Below are positions 14,860-24,021 of a DNA stretch of 64,000 bases, in pieces; the stretch's first letter is position 1, and every line of letters starts with the position of its first letter. This DNA comes from a virus, in the IMG/VR virus record IMGVR_UViG_3300050015_000167, positions 1 through 64,000 of that record, one strand, 5' to 3'. The notes under the pieces were generated by a model. The model ran no database searches. It was not told the DNA's origin and saw only the letters and a list, made by a program, of their open reading frames with translations. A program made the translations under genes and the position numbers.

Positions 14860-15219
14860 TCATGGTTTCTTTACGACAGGAACTTCAACAGGTAGTGGAA
14901 TAAATGCGCCAGTTTTTGAATTTTCCCAAAAAATATCGGCGCATGATCGACACAACCAACCAGAACCACCACAACCGCATGAAATAGGAATGTATCCTTC
15001 TAGACCATAAATTGTTGCTATACCTAGAAGTTCTCCATAAACATTATCATCTGTATGAGGTTCGCTCAAGAAACTGGCAACACCTGATGGAAGAATACTT
15101 CCCAATACAGAACCATCCATATCCCATATCATCAAGACCATTCCTTTTACATCTATACCCTTATAGGATGACCGCATATTCTTAACTAATTCTGGTGTTA
15201 ATCTTATAATATTTTTCAT
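14860..15219 (-). CDS. hypothetical Cys-rich protein (119 aa)
   Basis: ATGA-coupled to 15216..15599. The overlapping + ORF 14732..15010 is judged spurious. Confidence 0.55.
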   Translation of the reverse strand: MKNIIRLTPELVKNMRSSYKGIDVKGMVLMIWDMDGSVLGSILPSGVASFLSEPHTDDNVYGELLGIATIYGLEGYIPISCGCGGSGWLCRSCADIFWENSKTGAFIPLPVEVPVVKKP

Positions 15220-15599
15220 AACAATATATTTTCCATACTGGAGCGAATTTGATTAATTCTTTCTATATTACCTATTTCAGCATACTTTTGTATTGCCAAC
15301 TCATAAAGTTCTACTTGAATGTCAGGAAACAAAGAAATAGTTGGCATCAATGAAATTTCATCGATTTGTTCAGCTTGAGTGGTAATCTTTTCATATTGTG
15401 CTTGGTCTTCAATCTCATGTCGGATAGAAAACTTTCCGATGAAATAAGCAATGAAAGAAAGTGCTGCTGCTAATCCAAGTGCCGGAATCATAGCGGTTAA
15501 AGGAATATGAATGACACACCAAAAACAAAGTGCGAAGATAATAATTCCTGATAAGATGGTTGGTTTAAATGTAAAATTCATTTTGTATGATACTCTCAT
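15216..15599 (-). CDS. membrane protein (127 aa, two predicted TM helices)
   Basis: Hydrophobic stretches ILSGIIIFALCFWCVIHI and MIPALGLAAALSFIAYFIG. Confidence 0.6.
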   Translation of the reverse strand: MRVSYKMNFTFKPTILSGIIIFALCFWCVIHIPLTAMIPALGLAAALSFIAYFIGKFSIRHEIEDQAQYEKITTQAEQIDEISLMPTISLFPDIQVELYELAIQKYAEIGNIERINQIRSSMENILL

Positions 15600-15927
15600 T
15601 TCACATATTCATTATATGTTTTGACTAAATGGTCAAATGCTATAAACACAGATAAAAAACATCGGTTTATAAACATATCAATTTTTTGCTTTTGACTATA
15701 AACTATTGGAGGAGGAATAACTTGTTTCTCAAAATAAGATAGTGGAATAGGAATAAATGCTGATTTCAATTCATCACCATCTGAAGTTTGATATGGATTT
15801 ACATAAGTATTTTTATAATAAGGATTATTACCATGGGTTGTACCCTGATGGCATGTAGGTCCTGTAAAATTATAATTATCGATATTATATGATACTGTAT
15901 AACCAGTTGGACCTTTTCTTCAGACAT
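15596..15927 (-). pseudogene. gene interrupted by a frameshift at an A4 run just after its start
   Basis: ATG 15927 (MSEEK) is out of frame by one with a 105-codon open frame (RKGPTGYTVSYNIDNYNFTGPT...NEYVK). That frame ends in ATGA overlap with 15599. Confidence 0.35.
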
Positions 15928-15929
15928 AA

Positions 15930-16130
15930 CTATTCTCCAGAATAAACCATATTTTCTACTTCTTCAAGAAGCATATCATGATAACGGTCAAGAGTAATAT
16001 CAAATTGTGAGAGTGTCATAACCAATCTATCATTGAAATCTTCCATATCATTCGGTGAAATGAACTCTGGATCATAATTATTCAAAAGTTCATGAACTGC
16101 TTCAAGTAAATTATTTTCATTGGTTGTCAT
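15930..16130 (-). CDS. hypothetical acidic protein (66 aa)
   Basis: First gene of the leftward set. Confidence 0.5.
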   Translation of the reverse strand: MTTNENNLLEAVHELLNNYDPEFISPNDMEDFNDRLVMTLSQFDITLDRYHDMLLEEVENMVYSGE

Positions 16131-16178
16131 TTGGTTTCTCGGTGAAATATTTCGTTCATTCTTATTATCTCATAAATC

Positions 16179-16967
16179 TTGGTGGATGTCAAGCTAAATA
16201 TAGATACTATGTTAAATTCCTATTTTAATTTTTTTAAAGCAGCAAATGAGCAGAATCTTGTAGAAGATTTGGTTATTGAATCCATTCAAATTTATGGAAT
16301 GGATATCAATTATATACCCAAGACTTTAGTAGATTATAATGCGTTGCTCGGTGAAGATCCACAAAAAGCATTCCAACAATATTATACAATTGAATCGTAT
16401 ATGGAAAATATTGAAGGATTCACTGGTATGGGAAATTTCTTGAGCAAGATGGATCTTAACATAGACAAACAAGCCACATTCGTTTTTTCTAAACGAAGAT
16501 TTGATGAAGAGATTTTAGGATTAAATTGGAAAGGTGATTGGGTTTCAACCGTAACATATAATATAAATGATGCGGTACATTATCAAGGAATAATTTATAT
16601 TAGTGTTTATAATTCTAATTTAGGAAATATTCCTGGTTCTAATGCTAATTGGAGTGTAATGCTTCAAGTTCGTCCAAAAGAAGGAGATTTAATTTATCTT
16701 CCTCTTACTCATGATATCTTTGAAATCTTATTTGCCGATCATGAAGAAGTTTTCTATCAATTAGGAAAAATTTATGTTTGGAAAATTACCGCAGAAAAAT
16801 GGCGCGCTAATCATGAAGTTTTCGAAACAGGTAACGCTGAAATCGATGCCATCGCTGCCGAGTTGGATGAAGAAGATGGAGTAACAAAAGATCCGATAGC
16901 AGATAACTCCACTATTGAAGACCGTATGACATCTTTTCTTAATTTGGATCCAAAATCACCATTTTAA
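16179..16967 (+). CDS. g14: neck protein, g14-like (by position upstream of g15), with a CBM5/12-like insertion
   Basis: 262 aa, directly upstream of g15-g16 as in T4. EQNLVEDLVIESIQIYGMDINYIPK motif. Start codon uncertain (TTG/GTG). Confidence 0.5.
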   Translation: MVDVKLNIDTMLNSYFNFFKAANEQNLVEDLVIESIQIYGMDINYIPKTLVDYNALLGEDPQKAFQQYYTIESYMENIEGFTGMGNFLSKMDLNIDKQATFVFSKRRFDEEILGLNWKGDWVSTVTYNINDAVHYQGIIYISVYNSNLGNIPGSNANWSVMLQVRPKEGDLIYLPLTHDIFEILFADHEEVFYQLGKIYVWKITAEKWRANHEVFETGNAEIDAIAAELDEEDGVTKDPIADNSTIEDRMTSFLNLDPKSPF

Positions 16968-16976
16968 AAAAATATA

Positions 16977-17498
16977 ATGTATATAATTTATAAGCATACA
17001 AATATCGTTTCTGGAAAATCGTATATAGGATATACAAATAAAACTATAGAAGAAAGATGGAAAATTCATTTACAACGTTCAAAAAATAATTATAAATGGA
17101 AATTCGATAAGGCTCTACGAAAGTATCCAGAAAATTCTTGGAATCATGAAATTTTATGTGAATGTGATACTTTAAAAGAAGCTAATCAAAAAGAAATTGA
17201 AATGATTTCCGTATATAAATCATATAAATATGGTTATAATTCTACATTAGGTGGAGATGGTGGTAGAACTAAAGGAATGACCGGTAAGAAACATTCGGAA
17301 AAAACTAAAGAAAAAATGAGAAGGTCTCGTTTAGGAAAGAAACTTTCTAAAGAAACGAAAAAGAAAATATCATTATCTTGTAAAGGAAAAATAGGTCATC
17401 CAATGTCGTCAGAACATAAAGCTAAATTATTATTATGTCATCTTGGTAAAGATTTAAAAAATAAAAAATTAGCTAAAGGATGTGTCTATGCTCGGTAA
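16977..17498 (+). CDS. GIY-YIG homing endonuclease with NUMOD3-like repeats
   Basis: MYIIYKHTNIVSGKSYIGYTNKTIEERWKIH; inserted between g14-like and g15. Confidence 0.85.
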   Translation: MYIIYKHTNIVSGKSYIGYTNKTIEERWKIHLQRSKNNYKWKFDKALRKYPENSWNHEILCECDTLKEANQKEIEMISVYKSYKYGYNSTLGGDGGRTKGMTGKKHSEKTKEKMRRSRLGKKLSKETKKKISLSCKGKIGHPMSSEHKAKLLLCHLGKDLKNKKLAKGCVYAR

Positions 17499-18231
17499 TG
17501 ATGTGTTTAATTTTCATACAATTGAGAAGATAATTTCTGCCTTTGGGTATATATTTTCAGATATATCTTTCCAGAGAATAGATCCCAATACATCTGCTGT
17601 TAAAACTATTAAGGTTCCAATCAGTCAATCAGCCAAAGAAAAATGGGCTGTACGTGATTTAGAAGATCCAAATGCTGGTGATGAATCACGCCAAAGACAT
17701 GTCCAGATTGTTTTACCCCGAATGGGATATGAAATGATTAATTTCTCTTTCGATCCCACGAGACAATTAACTCCAGTCAATTATCGCGTTCAATCTTCAG
17801 GTAATGGTCCTTCAGCATTAGTACAATTGAATCCTGTTCCTCAAATATTTGATTTTGAATTATATTTACAAACTCGTACATTAAGTGATTCATATGCTAT
17901 TGTTGAACAGATAGCCGCATTCTTTCATCCTGATTATGTTGTGCCCATCATTGATATTCCTGAAATGAATATTCGTAGAGATATCGTTTTTACTATGACT
18001 GGAAAATCTCATTCTGATAGTTATGAAGGTTCATTAATGGATAAACGTATTATTGAATGGACCTTTAATTTTCAAGCACAAGGTCATATTTATCCACCAA
18101 TTAGAGAAAAGAAAGTTATCACGAATACCAAAGTTTTCATGGACAATAGAGAAAGCGTACAACTTACTACGGATCCTCCTGCTCCGAATATTGATGAATC
18201 TTACGATATCATTGAAACTATAGTACCCTAA
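17482..18231 (+). CDS. g15: tail sheath stabiliser / tail completion protein g15
   Basis: FGYIFSDISFQRID...IKVPISQSAKEKW...VQIVLPRMGYEMINFSFD parallels T4 gp15 (LFSNIQIKRQ...IRVPITYASKEHF...ETILPRINLHLVDFSY). Confidence 0.75.
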   Translation: MSMLGNDVFNFHTIEKIISAFGYIFSDISFQRIDPNTSAVKTIKVPISQSAKEKWAVRDLEDPNAGDESRQRHVQIVLPRMGYEMINFSFDPTRQLTPVNYRVQSSGNGPSALVQLNPVPQIFDFELYLQTRTLSDSYAIVEQIAAFFHPDYVVPIIDIPEMNIRRDIVFTMTGKSHSDSYEGSLMDKRIIEWTFNFQAQGHIYPPIREKKVITNTKVFMDNRESVQLTTDPPAPNIDESYDIIETIVP

Positions 18232-18235
18232 ATAT
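18228..18235 (+). promoter_or_regulatory. CTAAATAT motif overlapping the g15 stop, 4 nt before the terS ATG
   Basis: GTACCCTAAATAT-TAAT-ATG 18240. Confidence 0.3.
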
Positions 18236-18239
18236 TAAT

Positions 18240-18779
18240 ATGGCAAAAGGACAAAGAGGGCGACCTCCCAAGCAAACAACATCACAGAAGATTACCAGTG
18301 CCTTGGATATAGCGCAAGAAGAAATTACATCTTTGATGCCTATTGAACAACAGAATGCTTTGGTTCCTGTAATACAAACACCAGAAGTTATCGTGGCTGA
18401 ATCTCCACAGATTGTAAAAGATGCCAAAGATGATTATGATTTTGCCAGAAATAATTTACATAATCTTTTAAGTAAGGGTAATAAACTATTGGAAGGTATG
18501 TCGGATTTATGTAGTGAGAGTGATTCACCCAGAGCATTTGAAGTTGCCGGAAATCTTATAAAAACTTTAGTTGAAGGTACAAGAGAGTTAATGACTCTTC
18601 AAAAAGATATTAGAGACGTAGAAAAGAAGAATTCTCCTGATATTACTCCTGTTACTATTGAAAATGCTGAAGAGGTTAATCAATATCATTTGGAAGGCAC
18701 TACAATGGAAATGCTTGAGGCCTTAAATGAAATACGGCGAAAGAAAATAGAAAATCAACAAACCAAGGAAACAAAATAA
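18240..18779 (+). CDS. g16: terminase small subunit g16
   Basis: [14 protein letters not shown]...[19 protein letters not shown]...[10 protein letters not shown] parallels T4 gp16 (DDYGVVRRNMH...NADSPRHMEVFATLMGQM...ILKLHKDMKD). Confidence 0.75.
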   Translation: MAKGQRGRPPKQTTSQKITSALDIAQEEITSLMPIEQQNALVPVIQTPEVIVAESPQIVKDAKDDYDFARNNLHNLLSKGNKLLEGMSDLCSESDSPRAFEVAGNLIKTLVEGTRELMTLQKDIRDVEKKNSPDITPVTIENAEEVNQYHLEGTTMEMLEALNEIRRKKIENQQTKETK

Positions 18780-19924
18780 TGGCTAATCCAAAAACACCAA
18801 TATATCCGAGTGCTCTTGCTACTGACCTTGATTTAAAGGTTGTTACGGATAATGCCTTTTCACCATTAGCTGCCGGTATTGATGGAGTCGTTACAGATAT
18901 ACCTTTCAATACTAATAGCGTATTTACCTTCCCTTGTCTTATTGCCTTGGAAAATGAAGTTATTTTAGCTGTAGGTCCTATTGTTGGTATTAACATTACA
19001 AATTGTCAAAGAGGATATATTGGTAGTGCTGTTCCTCACGCATTTAATATCGTCGGATTTGCTTATATCTTTGGTGACAATATTAATCAAATAACGGCTG
19101 AAATTAAAGCTATCGAAACCGCACTTGGAATATCTATTGTTAATGTAGTAAAACCGGGTGATGCGGCTGCTGGTGATTTGACTGGTACCTATCCGAACCC
19201 AACATTAGTAGCAACAGCAGTTACTCCAGGAACATATGGAACAGGTGTAGCTACTCCAGTAATTATTGTAGATCAAAAAGGAAGAATTACAAGTTTAACA
19301 ACTACTCCTACTTTGGGAGCAACAGGACCTACAGGACCTACTGGTTATACTGGTCCTGGTAACTTTACAGGATATACTGGATATACAGGGGTAACAGGAC
19401 CTACCGGTTTTACTGGTTTTACTGGTCCTGGTAATTTCACAGGATATACAGGACCCATTGGTCCTACTGGAGCAACTGGACCTACTGGTTTCACAGGATT
19501 CACTGGTCCTGGTAATTTTACAGGATATACAGGATATACAGGACCTACTGGTTATACAGGAATAACAGGACCCACTGGTTATACAGGATCTGGTAACTTC
19601 ACTGGTTATACTGGTTATACAGGACCTACAGGAGCAGGAGCAACAGGACCTACTGGGTTTACTGGATATACAGGAGCAGGAGCAACAGGACCCACTGGGT
19701 TTACTGGACCTGTAGGATATACTGGTCCGGGTAATTTCACAGGATATACTGGACCTACTGGTCCAAGTCAATGGACAACATCTGGTAGTGATATTTCTTT
19801 TGTATCAGGACGAATTATTATAAATGCTCCTACTTATGCTACAGATGGGGCCGCCGGTTCAGGAGGTCTTACAACCGGTATGGTTTATAAGCATTCAGAT
19901 GGTAGTCTTCAAGTCAAACTTTAA
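18779..19924 (+). CDS. collagen-like (G-X-T) fibre protein A
   Basis: About 180-aa N-domain nearly identical to that of 19949..21763, then about 150 aa of GPT/GYT/GFT triplets with 5 GNFTG interruptions (about 19316-19765). Confidence 0.85.
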   Translation: MANPKTPIYPSALATDLDLKVVTDNAFSPLAAGIDGVVTDIPFNTNSVFTFPCLIALENEVILAVGPIVGINITNCQRGYIGSAVPHAFNIVGFAYIFGDNINQITAEIKAIETALGISIVNVVKPGDAAAGDLTGTYPNPTLVATAVTPGTYGTGVATPVIIVDQKGRITSLTTTPTLGATGPTGPTGYTGPGNFTGYTGYTGVTGPTGFTGFTGPGNFTGYTGPIGPTGATGPTGFTGFTGPGNFTGYTGYTGPTGYTGITGPTGYTGSGNFTGYTGYTGPTGAGATGPTGFTGYTGAGATGPTGFTGPVGYTGPGNFTGYTGPTGPSQWTTSGSDISFVSGRIIINAPTYATDGAAGSGGLTTGMVYKHSDGSLQVKL

Positions 19925-19936
19925 GGATAAAGAGAA

Positions 19937-19944
19937 CTAAATAC
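19937..19944 (+). promoter_or_regulatory. CTAAATAC motif 4 nt before the start codon
   Basis: AACTAAATAC-TTTT-ATG 19949. Confidence 0.3.
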
Positions 19945-19948
19945 TTTT

Positions 19949-21763
19949 ATGGCTAATCCAAATACTCCAGTATATCCGAGTGCTCTTGCTACCGATTTGA
20001 ATTTAAAAGTCGTTACCGATAATGCTTTTTCTCCATTAGCTGCCGGTATTGATGGAGTAGTCACCGATATACCTTTTAATACCAATACTGTTTTTACATT
20101 CCCTTGTCTCATTGCTTTAGAGAATGAAATTATCTTGGCCGTTGGACCTATTGTTGGTATCAATATTACAAATTGTCAAAGAGGATATATTGGTAGTGCT
20201 GTTCCTCATGCGATGAATGTTGTAGGATTTGCTTATATCTTTAGTGACAATATCAATCAGATAACAGCCGAAATTAAAGCTATTGAGACCGCTTTAGGGG
20301 TAAATTTAGGTAATGTTGTTACTCCAAGTACGGCAGCCGGTGGTGATCTCGTAGGATTTTATCCTAACCCAACATTAGCAGCAACCGCAGTTACACCAAA
20401 TATATATGGTGATAATACCCATATTCCTGTAATTACTGTTGACCAAAAAGGACGCATAACAAATGTAAACCCTGTTCTTATTGGCGGCGCAACTGGTCCC
20501 ACAGGTTATACAGGGTATACTGGTTCTGCTGGTCCTACAGGATATACTGGGTTCACTGGCCCGGGTAATTTTACAGGTCCTACTGGTTATACAGGTCCTA
20601 CTGGTTATACAGGAGATACTGGTCCAGGTAACTTTACGGGTTATACAGGTTATACTGGATTTACAGGTTCAACTGGTTATACTGGTCCTATGGGATCTAC
20701 AGGACCAGGTAACTTTACAGGTTACACTGGTTATACAGGTTACACTGGACCAGCAATCACAGGCCCTACCGGTTATACGGGTTACACAGGAGCAGGAAAC
20801 TTTACTGGATATACAGGACCTACTGGATATACTGGTTTCACTGGTGCCACAGGTCCTGTAGGATATACAGGTGCTACAGGTTTTACTGGATATACGGGGA
20901 TGGGTTCAACCGGACCCACTGGTCCCGGTAACTTTACAGGATATACTGGTCCTACTGGTTTTACAGGTTATACGGGTGCGACAGGATTTACTGGTCCGGG
21001 TAACTTTACTGGATATACGGGACCTACAGGATATACAGGAGCTACTGGTTATACAGGTCCAGGTAACTTCACGGGATATACGGGTTACACCGGACCCACA
21101 GGATTCACTGGTCCTATAGGACCTACAGGTTATACAGGATTCACTGGCCCAGGTAACTTTACGGGATATACGGGTTATACTGGAGAAACTGGTCCTACGG
21201 GGTACACTGGTCCTGGAAACTTTACAGGACCTACAGGTTATACTGGTCCCGGTAATTTCACAGGATACACCGGACCAACAGGATATACCGGACCCGGTAA
21301 CTTTACAGGTTATACAGGATATACTGGTCCTAATGGACCTACAGGTGCGACCGGTTATACTGGTCCTATCGGTCCTACTGGAGCAACTGGTTATACTGGT
21401 CCTGGTAACTTTACAGGATATACGGGATATACGGGATATACAGGATATACTGGTCCAGGCAACTTTACCGGTTATACAGGATATACAGGACCTATTGGTC
21501 CCACGGGTTATACGGGGTACACTGGATATACTGGCCCTGGCGCAAGTTCATATGCGGTTCTTATTGGAGATGCTGCCGCAAGTACATTTACTGTTACTCA
21601 TAATTTGAATGCGGCGCATGTTTTTGTTTCGGTAAAAGATGCTACCTCAACATATCTTGTATTTCCAGATATTTCGATTACATCAAATAATGCTATTTCT
21701 GTAGCTTTTTCTATTATACCAACTCTTAACCAATATCTTGTTTCGGTTATAGGATTCGCATAA
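19949..21763 (+). CDS. collagen-like (G-X-T) fibre protein B
   Basis: Same N-domain, about 350 aa of G-X-T triplets with 13 GNFTG interruptions (about 20484-21540), about 70-aa C-terminal beta-rich domain. Confidence 0.85.
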   Translation: MANPNTPVYPSALATDLNLKVVTDNAFSPLAAGIDGVVTDIPFNTNTVFTFPCLIALENEIILAVGPIVGINITNCQRGYIGSAVPHAMNVVGFAYIFSDNINQITAEIKAIETALGVNLGNVVTPSTAAGGDLVGFYPNPTLAATAVTPNIYGDNTHIPVITVDQKGRITNVNPVLIGGATGPTGYTGYTGSAGPTGYTGFTGPGNFTGPTGYTGPTGYTGDTGPGNFTGYTGYTGFTGSTGYTGPMGSTGPGNFTGYTGYTGYTGPAITGPTGYTGYTGAGNFTGYTGPTGYTGFTGATGPVGYTGATGFTGYTGMGSTGPTGPGNFTGYTGPTGFTGYTGATGFTGPGNFTGYTGPTGYTGATGYTGPGNFTGYTGYTGPTGFTGPIGPTGYTGFTGPGNFTGYTGYTGETGPTGYTGPGNFTGPTGYTGPGNFTGYTGPTGYTGPGNFTGYTGYTGPNGPTGATGYTGPIGPTGATGYTGPGNFTGYTGYTGYTGYTGPGNFTGYTGYTGPIGPTGYTGYTGYTGPGASSYAVLIGDAAASTFTVTHNLNAAHVFVSVKDATSTYLVFPDISITSNNAISVAFSIIPTLNQYLVSVIGFA

Positions 21764-21767
21764 AAAT

Positions 21768-22877
21768 ATGGCGAGAATATTTAATATTTCTCCTAATTGG
21801 CAGATTGATTGTGAAACTGCCAATTTTGGAAGTCAGGTTACTACGGATCAAATTAGTTTACCTAATTGGAATAATCTTGCTTTATTATTATCAAGAGGTA
21901 TCACTGGAGGAACTGTATTTACAAATCCTATAGCATCTACTTATAGTATAATATCTAATACCTATTATGGTGGAGTTTTAGCACCTAATGGTGATATACA
22001 TTTTGTTCCTCTAAATGCTGTTGTAGGACAAAAGATTTCTGCTGCTGGTGTTGTTTCTACTTACAGTTTGGTATATACCGTTGGTAGTATGAACACTGGT
22101 GGAGTTTTATCGCCTAATGGTGATATACATTTTGTACCTTATACTGCTTCTGTAGGACAAAAAATAAATTCTTCAGGTGTAGTATCAACTTATAGTTTGG
22201 TATATACCACCGCAACGGCTTATGTTGGTGGAGTTTTAGCGCCTAATGGTGATATACATTTTATACCATTTTTTGGTAGTGTAGGACAAAAAGTGTCCGT
22301 GGCTGGTGTTGTTTCTACTTATAGTTTAGTATATACTACCGCTAATGCATATTCTGGTGGAGTTTTAGCACCTAATGGTGATATATATTTTATGCCCAGG
22401 TCGGCTACTGTAGGACAAAAAGTATCTTCTACTGGTGTGGTATCGACATATAGTTTGGTATATACTACCGCTTCTGCTTGTACTGGTGGTGTAATTGATC
22501 CTAATGGTAATATACATTTGGTGCCTCAAAATGCTTCTGTAGGACAGAAAATATCTATTACGGGTGTTGTTTCTACTTATAGCTTGGTATATACTACCGC
22601 TAATGCATATTCTGGTGGAGTTTTAGCACCTAATGGTGATATACACTTTATACCGTTATCTGCTGCTGTCGGACAAAAAGTATCTCCTGCTGGTGTGGTT
22701 TCTACTTATAGTTTGGCATATACCGCTCCCACCGCGCATCTTGGTGGAATACTTTTACCTAATGGTGATATACATTTTATACCATTTTTTGGTAGTGTAG
22801 GACAAAAATTAACAACAGGAGCAGGTGTTAATTTTGGTATAGGAACTTGTTGTTCTCCTTATCTAAATAAATTTTAG
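21768..22877 (+). CDS. 7 x 43-aa repeat protein (beta-propeller-like), paralog 1
   Basis: Seven GGVLAPNGDIHF[VI]P...VGQK[IV]S..GVVSTYSLVYTT units; C-terminus CCSPYLNKF. Confidence 0.8.
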   Translation: MARIFNISPNWQIDCETANFGSQVTTDQISLPNWNNLALLLSRGITGGTVFTNPIASTYSIISNTYYGGVLAPNGDIHFVPLNAVVGQKISAAGVVSTYSLVYTVGSMNTGGVLSPNGDIHFVPYTASVGQKINSSGVVSTYSLVYTTATAYVGGVLAPNGDIHFIPFFGSVGQKVSVAGVVSTYSLVYTTANAYSGGVLAPNGDIYFMPRSATVGQKVSSTGVVSTYSLVYTTASACTGGVIDPNGNIHLVPQNASVGQKISITGVVSTYSLVYTTANAYSGGVLAPNGDIHFIPLSAAVGQKVSPAGVVSTYSLAYTAPTAHLGGILLPNGDIHFIPFFGSVGQKLTTGAGVNFGIGTCCSPYLNKF

Positions 22878-22885
22878 GAACTATT

Positions 22886-24013
22886 ATGGCAAACAATTCA
22901 ATCTCGACAGAATGGAATTCAGAAGTAACCTCACAAAATTGGGGTTTATATCCTTCTGGTGATAATAGTTCAATCGATACCGCATTAGTCGCATGGTATA
23001 ATTTACAGAATCTTATTGGAAAAAGTACGAACAGAGGAACAACATTTGCGAATGGAGTTATTTCTACTTACAGTCTGGTTTATACAACTACTAATGCCTA
23101 TATTAGTGGAGTACTTTCACCTAATGGAGATATTCATTTTATACCTTTTAGTGCTCCTGTAGGACAAAAAATAAATTCTTCTGGTGTTGTATCTACTTAT
23201 AGTTTGGTATATACTACTACATCTAATTATGCTGGTGGAGTACTCGCCCCTAATGGTGATATTCATTTTGTTTCTTACAATGCTGCTAAAGGACAAAAAA
23301 TAAATTCTTCTGGTATTGTTTCTACATATAGTTTGGTATATACAACCACTGGTGCCTATGTTGGTGGAGTACTTTCACCTAATGGTGACATACATTTTGT
23401 TCCTTTTAATGCTGTTGTAGGACAAAAGATTTCTGCTGCTGGTGTGGTTTCTACTTATAGTTTGGTATATACTGCGTCTGGTACGTACCAAGGGGGCACA
23501 CTTGCTCCTAATGGTGATATTCATTTTGTACCTTATTCTGCTACTATAGGTCAAAAGATATCTGCTGCTGGTGTTGTATCAACTTATAGCTTAATATATA
23601 CTACTGTTGGTGCGTATGATGGTGGAGTACTTGCTCCTAATGGGGATACACATTTTGTGCCTCGCGCCGCAATAGTAGGACAAAAAATATCTATTACTGG
23701 TGTTGTTTCAACCTATAGTTTGGTATATACTGCTGCTACGGCATATACAGGTGGTGTACTCGCCCCTAATGGTGATATACATTTTGTTCCTCAATCTGCT
23801 GCTGTAGGACAAAAGATTTCTGCTGCTGGTGTGGTTTCTACTTATAGTTTGGTATATACTACTACGGGTGCTTATTATGGTGGAGTACTTTCACCCAATG
23901 GTGATATTTATTTTATTCCTTTATCATCCGTTGTAGGACAAAAAATATCTACATTACCTGTTATTCCTTTTGATAATGCTCTTTGTCTTTCCCCTTTCTT
24001 TAATAAATTCTAA
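22886..24013 (+). CDS. 7 x 43-aa repeat protein, paralog 2
   Basis: Seven repeats; C-terminus CLSPFFNKF. Confidence 0.8.
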   Translation: MANNSISTEWNSEVTSQNWGLYPSGDNSSIDTALVAWYNLQNLIGKSTNRGTTFANGVISTYSLVYTTTNAYISGVLSPNGDIHFIPFSAPVGQKINSSGVVSTYSLVYTTTSNYAGGVLAPNGDIHFVSYNAAKGQKINSSGIVSTYSLVYTTTGAYVGGVLSPNGDIHFVPFNAVVGQKISAAGVVSTYSLVYTASGTYQGGTLAPNGDIHFVPYSATIGQKISAAGVVSTYSLIYTTVGAYDGGVLAPNGDTHFVPRAAIVGQKISITGVVSTYSLVYTAATAYTGGVLAPNGDIHFVPQSAAVGQKISAAGVVSTYSLVYTTTGAYYGGVLSPNGDIYFIPLSSVVGQKISTLPVIPFDNALCLSPFFNKF

Positions 24014-24017
24014 ATAC
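24010..24017 (+). promoter_or_regulatory. CTAAATAC motif overlapping the upstream stop, 4 nt before the start codon
   Basis: TTCTAAATAC-CATT-ATG 24022. Confidence 0.3.
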
Positions 24018-24021
24018 CATT

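Noticed and set aside
14732-15010. Plus-strand ORF of 92 aa
   Set aside because: It overlaps the minus-strand gene 14860..15219, which is translationally coupled to its neighbour, and it begins inside the bidirectional terminator region.
19295-21608. ORFs 19295..19771(-), 20481..20861, 20871..21119 and 21333..21608 inside the collagen-like genes
   Set aside because: They are alternative-frame or antisense artefacts of low-complexity GGN-ACN-GGN DNA. The long G-X-T frame with intact N- and C-domains explains the region.
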